Shown in pieces: positions 13,008 to 43,640 of a stretch of DNA of 64,000 nt. The notes under the pieces are model-generated. The model was not told where the DNA came from. It saw nothing but the letters and a program-made list of their open reading frames with translations, and did not search any database. This DNA comes from Vicugna vicugna (Eukaryota): assembly GCA_013265495.1 (NCBI GenBank), contig MU058844.1, forward strand, positions 4,517,535 to 4,581,534, in the 5' to 3' direction. Position numbers and translations under genes: made by a program. Numbering within the stretch: position 1 is the first letter of the stretch; the number at the start of each line of letters is the position of its first letter.

Positions 13008-13320
13008 CATGAGTCCGCAGGCAGGGGAGTGGAGAGAGTGCTCCGGAACAGCGCCGGACCCCGGCCAGGAGACGTCGACAGCAATCTATCGCGGCGCTCA
13101 GCCCACGAACACGGCCGCAGCACTTCAGCGTCCCCCGGTCCCGAGCGTGGGGCGGGGTCACACGCTCGGAAGCGGCCTCCTGGTCGCGGCGCCTTCTGGG
13201 AGTTGTAGTGCGGAAGCCGAGGTACCTCCGTGTGCGCTCCCGCGAGCGTCCCCCAGTTCTGACGTCCGTGAAAAACCAGGGATCCGTTTCTGGTGTGTGT
13301 GTGTTTTAGCAGCCGATGAT
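12740..13320. promoter_or_regulatory. CpG island / RLIG1 promoter (possibly bidirectional)
   Basis: The only strongly GC- and CpG-rich stretch in the window, spanning RLIG1 exon 1. It contains a GC box GGGGCGGGG (13149-13157), ETS/GABPA-like CGGAAG (13167-13172, 13211-13216), an ACTACAACTCCCAG motif on the minus strand (13196-13209), and CRE-like TGACGTC (13260-13266). Confidence 0.85.
12918..13007 (-). CDS. RLIG1: RLIG1 coding exon 1
   Basis: [30 protein letters not shown], then donor CAG|gtaccg; inside the CpG island. Confidence 0.93.
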
Positions 13321-15014
13321 ATTTATGAAAAATAAATAATATCAAGTTATAAGTAACGAATCATTTCAGATGGCGAGTTAACACCATTCTGATGAAACCG
13401 ATCTGCCTATTCCCCTTAATATGTTCCTGGGGGAAGAAGCACCAAGGAGCTTAGAAATATCCAGAGATATCCCAAGACGGAATGAAAACTAATTTCCCAG
13501 GAAAAAGTTAGAAAACGCTACAGTTAAAACACCTGGGGCAAAACAAAACAAAACTGCTTAGATTACGCCTCTTTGTGCGGCATAATGTGGTCAAAATTGG
13601 TTCTGATGTGTTTTTTTTTTCCAGAGTGCAAAGTTTAGCCTTAGACCAATCCAAAACTACACGAATACCAACAACCAGACTTCAGTCTCAATGTTTTCAT
13701 AGGAATCTCATTTACCTTAGTTAAATATGAGCTCCAACAGAGTCCAAATGGCTTGAGTAGTTGTCGTCAATCAACTGCAAAGCTAAAAACAGTTTTGATT
13801 ATTGCTAAGAAGAATATTGGAGGGTAAGTAATAAGATAGTCAATGACTGAATAAAATAAATATTAAGTATTTAGTAATAGTAGCCTTTATCTCATTGAAG
13901 CTAGTAGTCCTCAGTAGGGGAATTTTGACTACTGCCATCTTTTATGTGCTTGGAAAAGGCCCATGTCTCATTTCTATAACTGTCTTATCTGCAGGTATCA
14001 AACTGCCCAGTATTTTCCTGATTTAGCCCTCAGAAAAATGAACGACTATATCTCAGTTGGAAGCATCTACGTATAAGGGAATTCCCAAAGAATAAAAAAG
14101 GTCTCAAAACAATTCACTGTTTTTTGATTGCTGGATTCAGAGGGGAGAGAGGGAAGAAGAGACTTGCCATTTCAAAGTATTTATTTTCTCTTCTGCTATC
14201 TTTGATTTTTTCATACAATAAATAAATTTGGGGATAGAGGGAGAAAATACATGGTGTGAGATATTGAGACCAGAAATGACTTAGCATTTTATAACTAAAT
14301 ACCAATGTCTTTTTGTTCCTCCAGAGGAATCCTAAAAACCAGCTTGTTTCATGAGTCTCAAAGAAACAACAAATAACCCTCATAACCCTCAACTGTCATT
14401 TTCCAAACTGCCAAAGAATCTTTTAGGTCCAACATTCTGTCATTTCTGAGAAAAGATCATCTTCCAAAACATTTCACTTGCTGTTTGAATTGTAACAGCA
14501 AAGCTAACCATTTGTTAGGAAGTACTCTTTATTTTCAGTGCTTTGATTTCATTAGTGCCTGGAGTAAAGACTCTGGCAGAAATAGGCAGTCCAAGGCGGG
14601 GAGAGCCACAGGACAAATTCTCAGTTACAGCCTGGACTCCCACTCAGATGGGTAGCAGCCAGCAGCTTTGCCTGATTCCCGTTAAGTCGGAAGAGCCAGA
14701 AAGGAGTGACTATCAGCCCAGGTACTTAAAGTGGTGTCACAGGATTACACAAACTGGAAGAAAGACTGTTTTCTCTGATTGATGTTTTAGTGTTCTGGTG
14801 TGCACCAAAGATAAAAGATTCACTGCAAGTGTACCTTGGCCAACACAAAAGACTTACACAATTTTAAGGCCTACCCCAAGCTATGGAGGCAAACTTCCCA
14901 TAACTCTTTTTTAACTCATTACAGGGAGTAAAAATCCTCATGGGTATGGTTATAGCTTTCCCTGAAAAACCAGAATGAATTTCACAATAGGAAAGAAGTG
15001 AACAGAATAAGGAA

Positions 15015-15125
15015 GAGGGGTGGGGAGAAAGAACAAAAAAAAAAAAAGAAAGAAGGAAGAAAGAAGGGAAGGAAGGAAAGAAAGAAAAAGAAAAGGAAAA
15101 GAGAGTTGAAATAAAAGAAGAAATT
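15015..15125. repeat. GA-rich low-complexity tract
   Basis: Runs of (GAAA/GGAA)n and poly-A. Confidence 0.8.
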
Positions 15126-16126
15126 AGAGTTCCAGGTACTCTAAAGACAACTAAAATGGACAGCTCTATTTAAATGACAACAACAAAAAATCCCGATGTA
15201 GGTTTGATGTGTTTTTGCTGTTTCTAATGGGACATAGTTGTTCAAAACTAACTTCAAGAGGTAAAAACATTTATTCAACCTTTCCCCTATGTAAAACATG
15301 AATTCTCACAATGGCGTTAATCATGATGTTAATGTAATCATGCACTAATGGTGTTTGGTAACAGTATTTGAAAATAGTCCAATGCAGCTAAAATTTCGTA
15401 GGTGGAGAGGGAGTTTATCTGGAGGCAAAGACCATTTAAAGATACTTCTTCCAGCAATCTGCGTGCTTAAGATGTGTACATTGTTAGTCTAGAGTTAGAA
15501 GGTAGGGCAAAACAAAAATTGAGATGTAAGATTTTTCTGTGTATCATTGCTAATACTTCCCAGAGTTTAGTCAGGTCTGTTCCCTACTTCATTTACTTCT
15601 AATGCTGTGTAGTTTTTATTTTCTCTTGTTTACAGTTATAGGTGAACAACTCTTTTCTAAATTCTAACTTATTGCCTAGATTTTTATCCTAAAGTATTCA
15701 ATTCAAAAAGTTCATACTAACTTAGTCTGTTTTACTTAACCAAAATGGGAATCCATATCTCTTGATCTTTTAAATTTCCAATTAAAAGTACATTGCCATT
15801 TATAAAATATATTTTGATCTACTGTAATATGTCATCTCTATGGTATCTTCTAAATTACTTACTATAAATATTTTTATTAATTTTTGCTAGGTTCTAGTTC
15901 TTTTAGTAAAGGTACTAAGATGAAGAAAGACCTCAGCAACTGCTGATTGAAATGTCGCAGTCTGGGAATCAGAGTACTTCACTTTGCTTTCAACAAATTT
16001 TCAAAAATCTGCCAAGCATTCTGGAACTTTTCCGCTATATGAAGAAGCTGTTCCTCCTTGAATGATGGATGAAGAATGAAATGGAATATAGCTACAAGAT
16101 GAATAAGTAGTTCAATTTATTTTCAG

Positions 16127-16181
16127 GTACCTATTAAATATCACAATCTGAATGATTTTTTTTCCAAATCAGTGGATAGCG
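16127..16181 (+). other. Possible 5' non-coding exon of C12orf50
   Basis: Acceptor tttattttcag| at 16126 and strong donor CG|gtgagt at 16182, upstream of the first coding exon. No transcript evidence is available. Confidence 0.3.
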
Positions 16182-16795
16182 GTGAGTACATATTTAAATA
16201 ATTTTATTTATTATCTTGAAATATAGATAGCATATTTACCTATTTTAAAATTTTAGTTTTGTTTCCAAATCATATAAAAATAAGAGTTTAGAAAATAATT
16301 ATTTACTTGTGAAATACTTAATACTTCCTAAGTATTAACTAGTTTACATTCCATGTTCAATCAGAATATTGAAGGATAAAATATAGTGTTTTATTTTTAC
16401 TAGCTTTTTCTGGTTAATACACTGGAATTGAGTAAGAGAAATATTCACTAAAGTAAACTAGCCTACAGTTACATGTGAGGTCATTTATGATGAGCAAACA
16501 ATGGATTAGGTAATAATGAAAATTCTGGAAGCTTGAGTTTGTGTACTTACTAGCAACCACTTTCAACATTTCTGCAAAGCTAGAGAAGGTATCTTCTAAT
16601 TTAAATTTCTTTAAGAATTATCTATTGTGTAATATACTGTCAACAGGAGGTCAGTTTTAAAGGAATACTACTGATAGCCTGAAAGACTGTGGAAAAGAAA
16701 TTCTTTTTTTCCCTTACACACTGATAGTTCATATATTTGCATTCCTGCAATTATTATATTAAAAAAACATTGGACTAGCAGCAAGAGAGCTGAAA

Positions 16796-35137
<18,342 letters not shown>

Positions 35138-35409
35138 ACCTGGAGGTTGAGAGAAGAGAAAAATGAGAAAAGAGAAAAGTGCCAGACATCATCTGATTTA
35201 CAATTCAAAAATGAAAATTCAAAGAATGAGATATTCAAGTACTCCATACTATATACTGGGTAGCCAAAGATGATAAAATGCAAATTCTGAAAATAAGATG
35301 CAGGAAGTACACTGTGCTCTTTCAAAACTGATAAAAATGCAAATTACAAACAGCTGCCTGTGTATTTATATAGGTCTGGAATTCATTTGATGCATTGCCA
35401 CAAACATTT

Positions 35410-35415
35410 AATAAA
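35410..35415 (+). terminator. Candidate C12orf50 polyadenylation signal AATAAA
   Basis: AATAAA about 270 nt after the stop, with GU/U-rich sequence further downstream. Confidence 0.55.
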
Positions 35416-37206
35416 ATTTAAAAGTTTGACAATTAAAATCATTCTTTAATTGTAAACTAAGTTAGATTGCCAGATTGAGGAGTAAAGTTGTGCCTTTGAT
35501 TTCTGTTTTGCAATATTCTTTAAGAAAACTCACATTTTCTTTCCTTACCTAGAGTTTAAGCTGGGCCCTCTGTGATAGTAACAGATGAAATGTAAACAAA
35601 TTCAGTGAAGTCCCAGGGTTACAGTTTGGTGATGAGTATGTTAGAAGAATTCCAATAGAAATATACTTTGATGTGTTATAGGAAGAGACAAAGATTATTA
35701 TTCAGGGCAGTTGCTGAACAACGTCTTTTAATTGGCAACTATGAAACCTATCTGCTGAGATGTGCTACATTCAAAACTGAAAAATAAACATTTTCCTACC
35801 ATGAAAACAAAAATTATACAATCATACTGGAGAAAAAGGACATGTAAAAGGAAAAAGAATGAATTAATAACATGGCATCCAAAAATCTTAGGGAGCTTTT
35901 AAGGCTTCAGTAACTCCAGATACAGTATAAATGCTTACAGATGTAAGAGAGGCATCATTTGAAAACTTATTTCCATTTCTTTTGTGCTTATTTAGAATTC
36001 TGAATCTTGAAAAACAAATTTTTATTTAATCAAAAATTCTCATCTGCAGGGTGACTGAAACAAAAACTTAACATTTAAAATATGTTCTTCAAACTTAAAA
36101 AACAAGTATGGCAACAATATAAGTACTTAATATTTCAAATGATGTTTTTGTAAGTTTGTAGCATTTATAGTTCTGCCTTTATTAAGGCTCAGAACTTCAC
36201 TAAGACTTTAGGATACCCTGCATTTATATTTGCATGTGTCTTGTGCTTATTGGTAGCCTCTTGTTCAATGCTTATTGGGGAAGGGAGGGAATCAGGGTTC
36301 TTAGAAATATTTTATTTTAAAACATTTTATATGACGTGATTCCAGCTTGTGGAGAGGTAAACCCTAATTTCTGGCTTCTAACAGGGCTCTATCTGCACAC
36401 TTTCAAAAACATGAGGATATAGTCATTTTTTTTCCTTATAAATAGCAGATTGAAGTGAATACTGTGCCAGGACAATATCTTGGTAAGATAGATTTGAGAG
36501 GAATGTGGGAAAGGAGCTGAGCTGAAAAGCTGTCTAGATGGAGGCTGATAGGAAACATCCTATGATTCCATTTAACAAATAGATCTATGTCCTTCCAAAG
36601 CTTTTCAATTTTGAACTAGTGATGCAGAAGGAAGGATTCAAAGAAGGAAATTCAAGCTTGCTTTCTGGAAGTACAGATTCTCAGTATATATCTTCATTGC
36701 ATGCCAAATACTGAAGAATCAGTGAGGAATGAGAAAAATCTGAAGGAAGGCTTGAGTGTGATTGATTTTTCTGAATGTGTACATGTATAATTCTTGAATA
36801 AATGGACATTTTATTTTGATAAGTTATACATCTAAAAGGACCAAGTAAGATGATGGCATTAACTAACCTTGTTTTATGTTTGTGATTTAGGGAAAAGCCA
36901 GTTGGTTTAAATGGGGATAAACTAGTAACCAAGAAGGAATAAGATAGTAAATCCCCAAATAAGAAAAGATAAGGGATGACAAAATAAGTGGACAACCAAA
37001 CATTTGGAAGCCAGCAAGAAGCAATGCTCACTGACTCCAAAACATACAAGTAGTGCATTTAAGCTTAAATTCCACAATGCCATAGGTGGACAGTTGCTCT
37101 TCTGACACATACAAAAGCTTTCAATGAATTTCACTGATGTTCTATGGTTCTACTCTTTTCAAAGTGCGGCAGTAATAAAAATGGTAATAAAAATAGCATT
37201 TATTGG

Positions 37207-37312
37207 GTGTACAGTATATTAATTTGCTGGGGCTGCCATAATAAAGGACCACAAATTGAGTGGCTCAGACAACAAAAATTCATTGTCTTACAGGTCTGGA
37301 GGCTAGAAGTCC
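37207..37312 (-). mobile_element. MaLR (MLT1-type) LTR fragment
   Basis: Pattern ttgctggggctgccataataaaggaccacaaattgagtggctcagacaac...tctggaggctagaagtcc. Confidence 0.65.
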
Positions 37313-38138
37313 CTAAGCTTTTGAATCCCTTCCTCCACAATAAACCAAGGAAGGTCTGGCATTTTTAGCTTGCTTACTCTGGGCTTCCTTTTAGTCCATA
37401 TTTAAAATAACCAATCAACCAACCAACCAACCAAACTATTAGAACCCTTTCTAACTCCCTAGGCTGCAACTAGGTCCAGAATCTCTGCTTAGTGGGTCCC
37501 TTATCAACAAATTCTGCTTGATCTAAATTTATGTTCCTTCCATAATTACTCCACATCTTTAATATCCATCGCCACACATATTCCCTGGACTTTTGTCTGT
37601 ATGAGTTAGAAAGCTCAAGTAGTAGCTTTGAAGGGTGGTATACTGCCTCATGGGTCACACATTGTACCTTTGAGAGCCTGCTGGAACTTGAGTCTAGTTA
37701 TAGGTCTAGTAGCAAACGGGGTAGTGGAGGTGGATCCTGAGGGAATCAGCATGTTTTGCATGGCAGCTGCCTTAGGGTTAATCTCAGATGGGGATGTAAA
37801 GGCCGCTTCTACTGGGGGTGGAGAGACTTGATCTACTGGCAAAGAAGACTCATCAGAGTTTAGGGGCTTAATGTCCCCAGCTTTATCAGAGTCTTCCTAT
37901 GTGTCTCTATTTCAACTTTTGGGATGATGTTCCTCCCTAGTCGATGCTATCACTTTAACAGTAAATACTCCATGGGCCTGGGAATTCAGCTTGCATTGTA
38001 ATTCAGTCACTCTGGAATGAAATTTTCAGTTTGTTTTTCAGCACTCTCAACCCTGTGGCTATGAGAGAGAAAGGGTCTTTATTCAGGAAAGGCATTGGAA
38101 GCTTTCAGGTAATTTATGTGAGGTATGAGCTAGGAATT

Positions 38139-38642
38139 TGTCAGCATAAAGAAAAACGCCCATGAGAGTTGTGAGTTTAAGTTTTACTCAGGGTCTTACT
38201 GAGAACTGCAGCCCGGGAGATAGTTCCTCAGTACCTCTGAGTAAACTGCTCCAAAGAAGTAGGGAAGAAGCCAGTATTCATATATATATGAATTTTTCGG
38301 CTAGGAAAAATATGTAGTCAAGCGCATATGTTAGTAAAAGATTACTGTTAACAGGTATCTCATGTTAATGATTTCAGTGATTTTCTAGGTATGGGAAGAT
38401 GCAAGAATCTGGGATTATTGAAGTTCCTTCTGAGATATGCATCTAACTATCTAGGGGCCTGTTTATTAAAAGCACAGAATGTCTCATTGTGTTTTATCCA
38501 TCCTGAATTCCACTCAGGGCATGCACTGTCTGTGGGTAACTAGCGTGAGCGGTGATTTAATCCTTTGTATAACTGGATGGTGGTAGTACTCTTCCTTCCT
38601 TCCTTCCTTCCTTTTCTTCCTTCCTTCCTTCTTTTCTTTCTC

Positions 38643-38710
<68 letters not shown>

Positions 38711-38867
38711 TTCTTTCTTTCTTTTTTTTCTTCTTCCTTCCTACCCTTTCTCCCTTTCTCCCTTTCTCCCTTCCTTTCCTTTCTTCCTTTCCTTTCCTTT
38801 CTATTTTTTTTAACAAATTCAAATTCCTGAGCTCATTTTTTCTTTTGTTCATTTTTGTTTAGTGACA
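38139..38867 (-). mobile_element. ERV1-type solo LTR nested in the ERV-L remnant, containing a (TTTC)n expansion
   Basis: TG...CA-bounded block with gagtttaagttttactcagggtcttactgagaactgcagcccgggagatag...aaactgctccaaagaag. ERV-L sequence resumes after it. Confidence 0.55.
38590..38805. repeat. (TTTC)n / CT-rich microsatellite
   Basis: About 15 perfect TTTC units flanked by TTCC repeats. Confidence 0.95.
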
Positions 38868-39289
38868 TTAGGAGCAACCACCCAATCTCATCATATTTGT
38901 TAGACAAAAATGCTCGAAAGTATCATATACATGGTCATCTAGATCCTTGTTTCTTAGTGTTTTATTATGAGTATCCAATAGTGATATTTTGTTTATTTCT
39001 ATTGCCACAACATGCCATGAACAATCAGTGCTCTGCTACTGGAAATGAGAGTCATTATGTCTTTAAATCTAATCATATTAGAGATCCAAGGCCAGAAATC
39101 CCAGACCCAATTCAGAAAACTCATTCTTAAGTTATGCTCCCATAAAGCCACTCTCAGTACCAAAATTTGTATTAGAGTTCTCCAGAGAAATCTAACTAAT
39201 AGGGTGTGTGTGTATATGTGTGTACAGAAGTGAGAGAGATTTATTCTAAGTAACTGACTCATGAAGGGCAAGGCTTTGTGTACAAATCT

Positions 39290-39875
39290 ACAAAATTTAA
39301 GTTTTTAACAACACCTAAATAAATGAACTGCTATTACCATGATCACAGATAGACAAACACAATATATTAGACAGTGTCAAATAGACCCAGACTTGATATC
39401 TGTCAGTCAAAATCCTAATAGGTTCTTTTCATGAAACTTGACAAATTTATTCTAAAATTAATATGAAATTTCAAAGCCTCAAGAATAAACAAGACACTAC
39501 CAACAGAGAAGAATAAAGTATGGGGATTTCCCTGTTGGATATCAAGATTTGCTCCAAAGCTATTCAATATTAGAAAACTATATTCTGTTTTTGTTACAGC
39601 ATAGTGTTGATATTGTTACTGTATTTGAGGCAAAACTGAAGAGAATATAGAGCCTAGAACACCAACCTACATATCTATATAAATCTGATATATGGCGAAG
39701 GTGATATTGTAGATCAGTGGAGAAAGGAGAGGCTATTAAATGTTTTGGGAAACAGTATCCATAAAGAAAAAAAAAAGACAGTGGATCCCTAATTTCATAC
39801 AAAAAATAAATTTCAAATGAATCAAACACAATATTACAGGCTAAACTTAAAATATACAAGACTATTTGTTGAGTG
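39290..39875 (+). mobile_element. Old L1 (L1ME-like) ORF2 3' fragment
   Basis: Motifs gaaacttgacaaatttattctaaaatt, agagcctagaa and tcatacaaaaaataaatttcaaatgaatca. Confidence 0.6.
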
Positions 39876-41953
39876 TACACATGGGTCCTAGCATATTTAG
39901 AAATGTATCACTGAATGAAAAGTTTGATAAGCCCCTATTTACTGATATGCTTGCCAATGTTTGGGTAAAGGAAGGAAGGCAGGAAGAGAGACAAGCAAGA
40001 ACGCTCCACTCCTAAAGTCACAAGAACCCCCTCCTAAGTACATTTTCCAAATAAACAAGGGCACATTTATAATAATTAGGTACTAGTTTTCTTGTATTTA
40101 TCACTTAAGGGGCTGTATTAAATTTTCTTTTTATTTAAAAGTCTATTCCTTTGATGCACATAACTTCTTTTCTCACAAATATACATTTTTACCTAAATCT
40201 TCTTTTCTTAGATTTACTTGAGGGATCCAAACAGATTGTTTTCAATTCTGATCTTAGGATGGCTATATATATATATATATATTATCTTTAGGAAAGTTTA
40301 CTATAGACAGACTTTCCTTCCTTTGAAAATGATTTTTGGCTCCTTTTACTGGAAGCTGCCATTTGACCTGGAAATCAGTTTCTTTTTACTTACAATTATT
40401 CTGCCACAAATTGGAGTCTAAACTGCCTGAAAAAAAAAAAAGCCACAACTTCTACTTTGCTCCTGGCATAAATCAGAAGGACAATTTGTACCATTTGTAA
40501 GCTAATCAAAATAGATCACCCACAGTAAGGCTGGGAGAACTTTTGGTTTCAATTCAATCTGCTTTGGGTTGGCTTTGGGTGGTAGTGTTTGTGGAGATAA
40601 GTGCCCCTATTGCCAAGTTGATATTTATGTTCGTTTTCCCAGGAGAAAGACTGCCATAGAACAAATTAAGTGATTCATGAGAAGAGTAGGTAATTGCCAC
40701 TGAGTTTGGTAAACTCATGTGGGCTTTGGAGCCAGAAGGCATTTTTGGCTCCTGGCTTTCCCTTTTGCTAGTTGTTTGACCTAGGAGGAACCAGTTAGTC
40801 TCTCTGTGCATAAATTTCCTCATTTGTAGTAAAAATGACAGAGTCATCATGGGCAGAGTCTTCCTGATAGAGTCGTTATGGGCATTAGAGATAAGTGCCA
40901 AGAGCTGTGTCTGGGAAAGGGATGGTTTTGAATAAATGGTGCTCAATTGGAAATTATCTGAAAGGTTACCACTATTTCTTGATCAATATAACAGAAATAA
41001 TGTAACCATACTCTAAGGACTTTGATAAATACTTTGCCTGATATTAAACAGCAACTTAATAGGATAAAATCTAGATGTTTCTGTGAGAGCTTAGGCCAGA
41101 AATAAAGTTTGAAGTTGTTTTTGAGAACAGACTGATAATTCTGACTCACTTGCTCCTAGCCAATGAGATCTGGTGGCTAAGGATGCACAAATGTTTCCTT
41201 TTCTTACACTTTTGATTCAGAAACAAATCTATATCCATGATTTTAATAGGACTATGAATGTAACGTAGTAAGAACGAAATAAATTTGATACATTATAACA
41301 TTAAAAATTAAGCAATAAAGTCACATGTAGCAGAATTTTAAAAAACGCTTTTTTACTTTACTTTTTAAGATTGTGATTTAATAATTTACACTCCTCAGCC
41401 ATGCAGCCCTGGGAAATTTCTAGCCCAGGGCATTGTAGCTCTGCATAGAGTCAACTAAATGATTTTTATGAGATTTTCCACAGGGAAATAACTTCAGATT
41501 TGCTTCCCCTGACATCCAGAAGCTTCTTTTTTCTTTCCATAGCTAGTGGGTTATGTTTAATGGATATAAAATTGCTTTACATCCTACTGTATGCACTCTT
41601 ATTCAAAATACAAATTGTTTTATCAAAAAGGTATAATTAAAATTATAAAGAGAATATTTATTAGTTGGTTGATTTTCTGGGTTCTTCACATTATGTTTTT
41701 TGCATGAGCCTGAATAATCAAGAGATGGTTACTCATTATTGGGAGAATAATTCTATTTATGTAAGTATAGGTTTTCTGAGTCATCTTCAGTCTGGCATTG
41801 TGTTATATAATTTGTAAATCTGACTCTGAAATATATTAATATATTAATGTGCTATTATATTAATATATGTTAATGTATTAATGTGATATATTAAGGGTTA
41901 TTTCTTGTCAAAAGTGCATACAATTCGGATTCCACACTTTGTCAGCCTTTATC

Positions 41954-42144
41954 CAGTGATGTGCTGACAACTGATTCTCAGGAAAAATAGCTGCAGTTTG
42001 TAGCACTGCTGACTTCTGTACAGCAGAAACTCCCACCATGGCTGACTGGCAGCTACCAAATCAAAGTCATCAAATACAGAATTAGGAAGAAAGGCACACA
42101 ATTGGCTTTCCTGAGCGGAAAGAACTCACTGCAGCACACCTCTG
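41954..42144. mobile_element. MER63-like hAT DNA transposon
   Basis: Inverted ends cagtgatgtgctg...cagcacacctctg. Confidence 0.55.
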
Positions 42145-43129
42145 CTTATTCTTCATGTTGCAATAAAATAATTTAAAATAATCTAACTTAATTCATACTG
42201 AGTACCTGTTATGAACCAGTTCCTATTTAAGATCTTGGGGATATCCCATTAACTATATATTATACATATTGTATGTTTATTTGTTTGTTCATTGCCAGTT
42301 TTCACCCTTAAGAAAAAGCCTCATGAAGGTAAAGATCCTTTCTTTGTAGTTTATTATTGATTTCTCTGAGCCGAGCATGATGGCTTACACATAGTGTCAT
42401 TACACATAATGGCAAAAGACTTGTTAAATCAAACGAGGGAAACTCAATCTCTGTCTTAATCAAGATCAGAGTCTATCAGATGGAACAAAATCATTTTTAA
42501 AGAGAAAATCAGATTAGAGCATATAATAATTAATAATACTTTGTATTTTTCTAAAGTTGAGAATTAAATTATAATAAAACCCATACTACTGTAACTAATA
42601 ACTTAAATCTCTAACAAAAGCTATATTTTATTGAAGTGTTATATGTTGATTATGATTCTGCAAATAATAGCAATAACACCAAAAGTAATAACAAAACTTC
42701 AGAGTGCTTATTCCATGTAGGCATATACTAAGTGAATTACATGTATTATTGAATTTAATTCTCAAAATATTCTTTCAGATCTGCACTAATTTTACATTTC
42801 CATCCTATCAATAAGAACACTGCAATTCCAGATTGTTCACTCACTTGCTTAAGTGTCAGGCTCCGTTTTGTACCTAAGGCTTTCTGCTTCTGGAATCTAT
42901 GTTCTCAACCTCTGCTCAGTCTTTTAAACACTAACTTTCTTTGTTGTTACAAAATGGTCCTGGAGAATTCACATTTTCATTTGGATGCTTCGCAACATGT
43001 AAAATACTCTAAGAAAAGGGAAGTCAGGGGCTTAGAGGCAGGAAGAAGCTTGTCTAAGGTTTAGCTAAGCCAAGGAGAACTTTCAGGTCATCTTGGTCAG
43101 TGTCTTCATTGAAGAAAGCACCAAGAAAC

Positions 43130-43640
43130 CAGTGTGACTGGATCAAAGGGAAAGACTGAGAGAGGGAGTGTTGTGAATGACAAGGTTGGAGAGGTGGGGT
43201 GGGGAGGCAGGTCAGATGGGGATATGTTGTCATCTCCAGACACTGGCCTTTTCTTTGAAAGCCCTGGAAGCCATCTGAAGGTTGTGAGCAGAGGAACCCC
43301 ACAATCTGCTTTCCACTTCTAAAGGACGATGGTGGCTGCCAAAGCTAACAGACTCTCTGTAGGAGGAGAGCTATAGCCTCAGAGAGACCAGTGAGAAGGT
43401 TATCACCATAATCCCAGCGAGAGAACTTGTGGCTTGGGACAGGGTGGTGGAGAGGGTGAAAAGTGGCTAGATTCTAATGTGTCCCACAGTAGAACCCACA
43501 GGATTTCTCACAGATTTGTAGAGTGAGAGAAATACAGAATTCAAGGTTAACTCCAAGGCTTTGAGGGTGAACAAATGGAAGGCTGGAGATCGTAAGATGA
43601 ATAAGGAGTTTGGTTTTGGATTATGTTCAACTTAGGATGC
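43130..43640 (-). mobile_element. L2 fragment
   Basis: L2-like motifs tggaagccatctgaaggttgtgagcagagg, gagaccagtgagaaggttat and ggagtttggttttggattatgtt. Confidence 0.55.

Larger units (their letters stand above)
37440..39270 (-). mobile_element. ERV-L remnant: MLT2-like LTR end (about 39168-39270), PBS region and degenerate gag, interrupted by a nested LTR
   Basis: ORF 37470..37658 reads ELSNSYRQKSREYVWRWILKMWSNYGRNINLDQAEFVDKGP, which resembles ERV-L gag. The MLT2 hallmark tgtattagagttctccagagaaa is at 39168. Confidence 0.75.

Noticed and set aside
12632..13345. Several overlapping 60-134 aa ORFs
   Set aside because: Expected stop-codon depletion in a GC-rich CpG island; only 13007-12918 is supported as coding.
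36891..37090. Exon-like segment after a gatttag acceptor downstream of C12orf50
   Set aside because: Stops in all frames and it lies beyond the candidate poly(A) signal; cannot be supported without alignment.
37470..37842. Possible domesticated gag gene
   Set aside because: Short, frameshifted ERV-L gag fragments with no long ORF.
38514..38852. K/E/R-rich and F/L/S-rich ORFs
   Set aside because: Translations of the (TTTC)n microsatellite.
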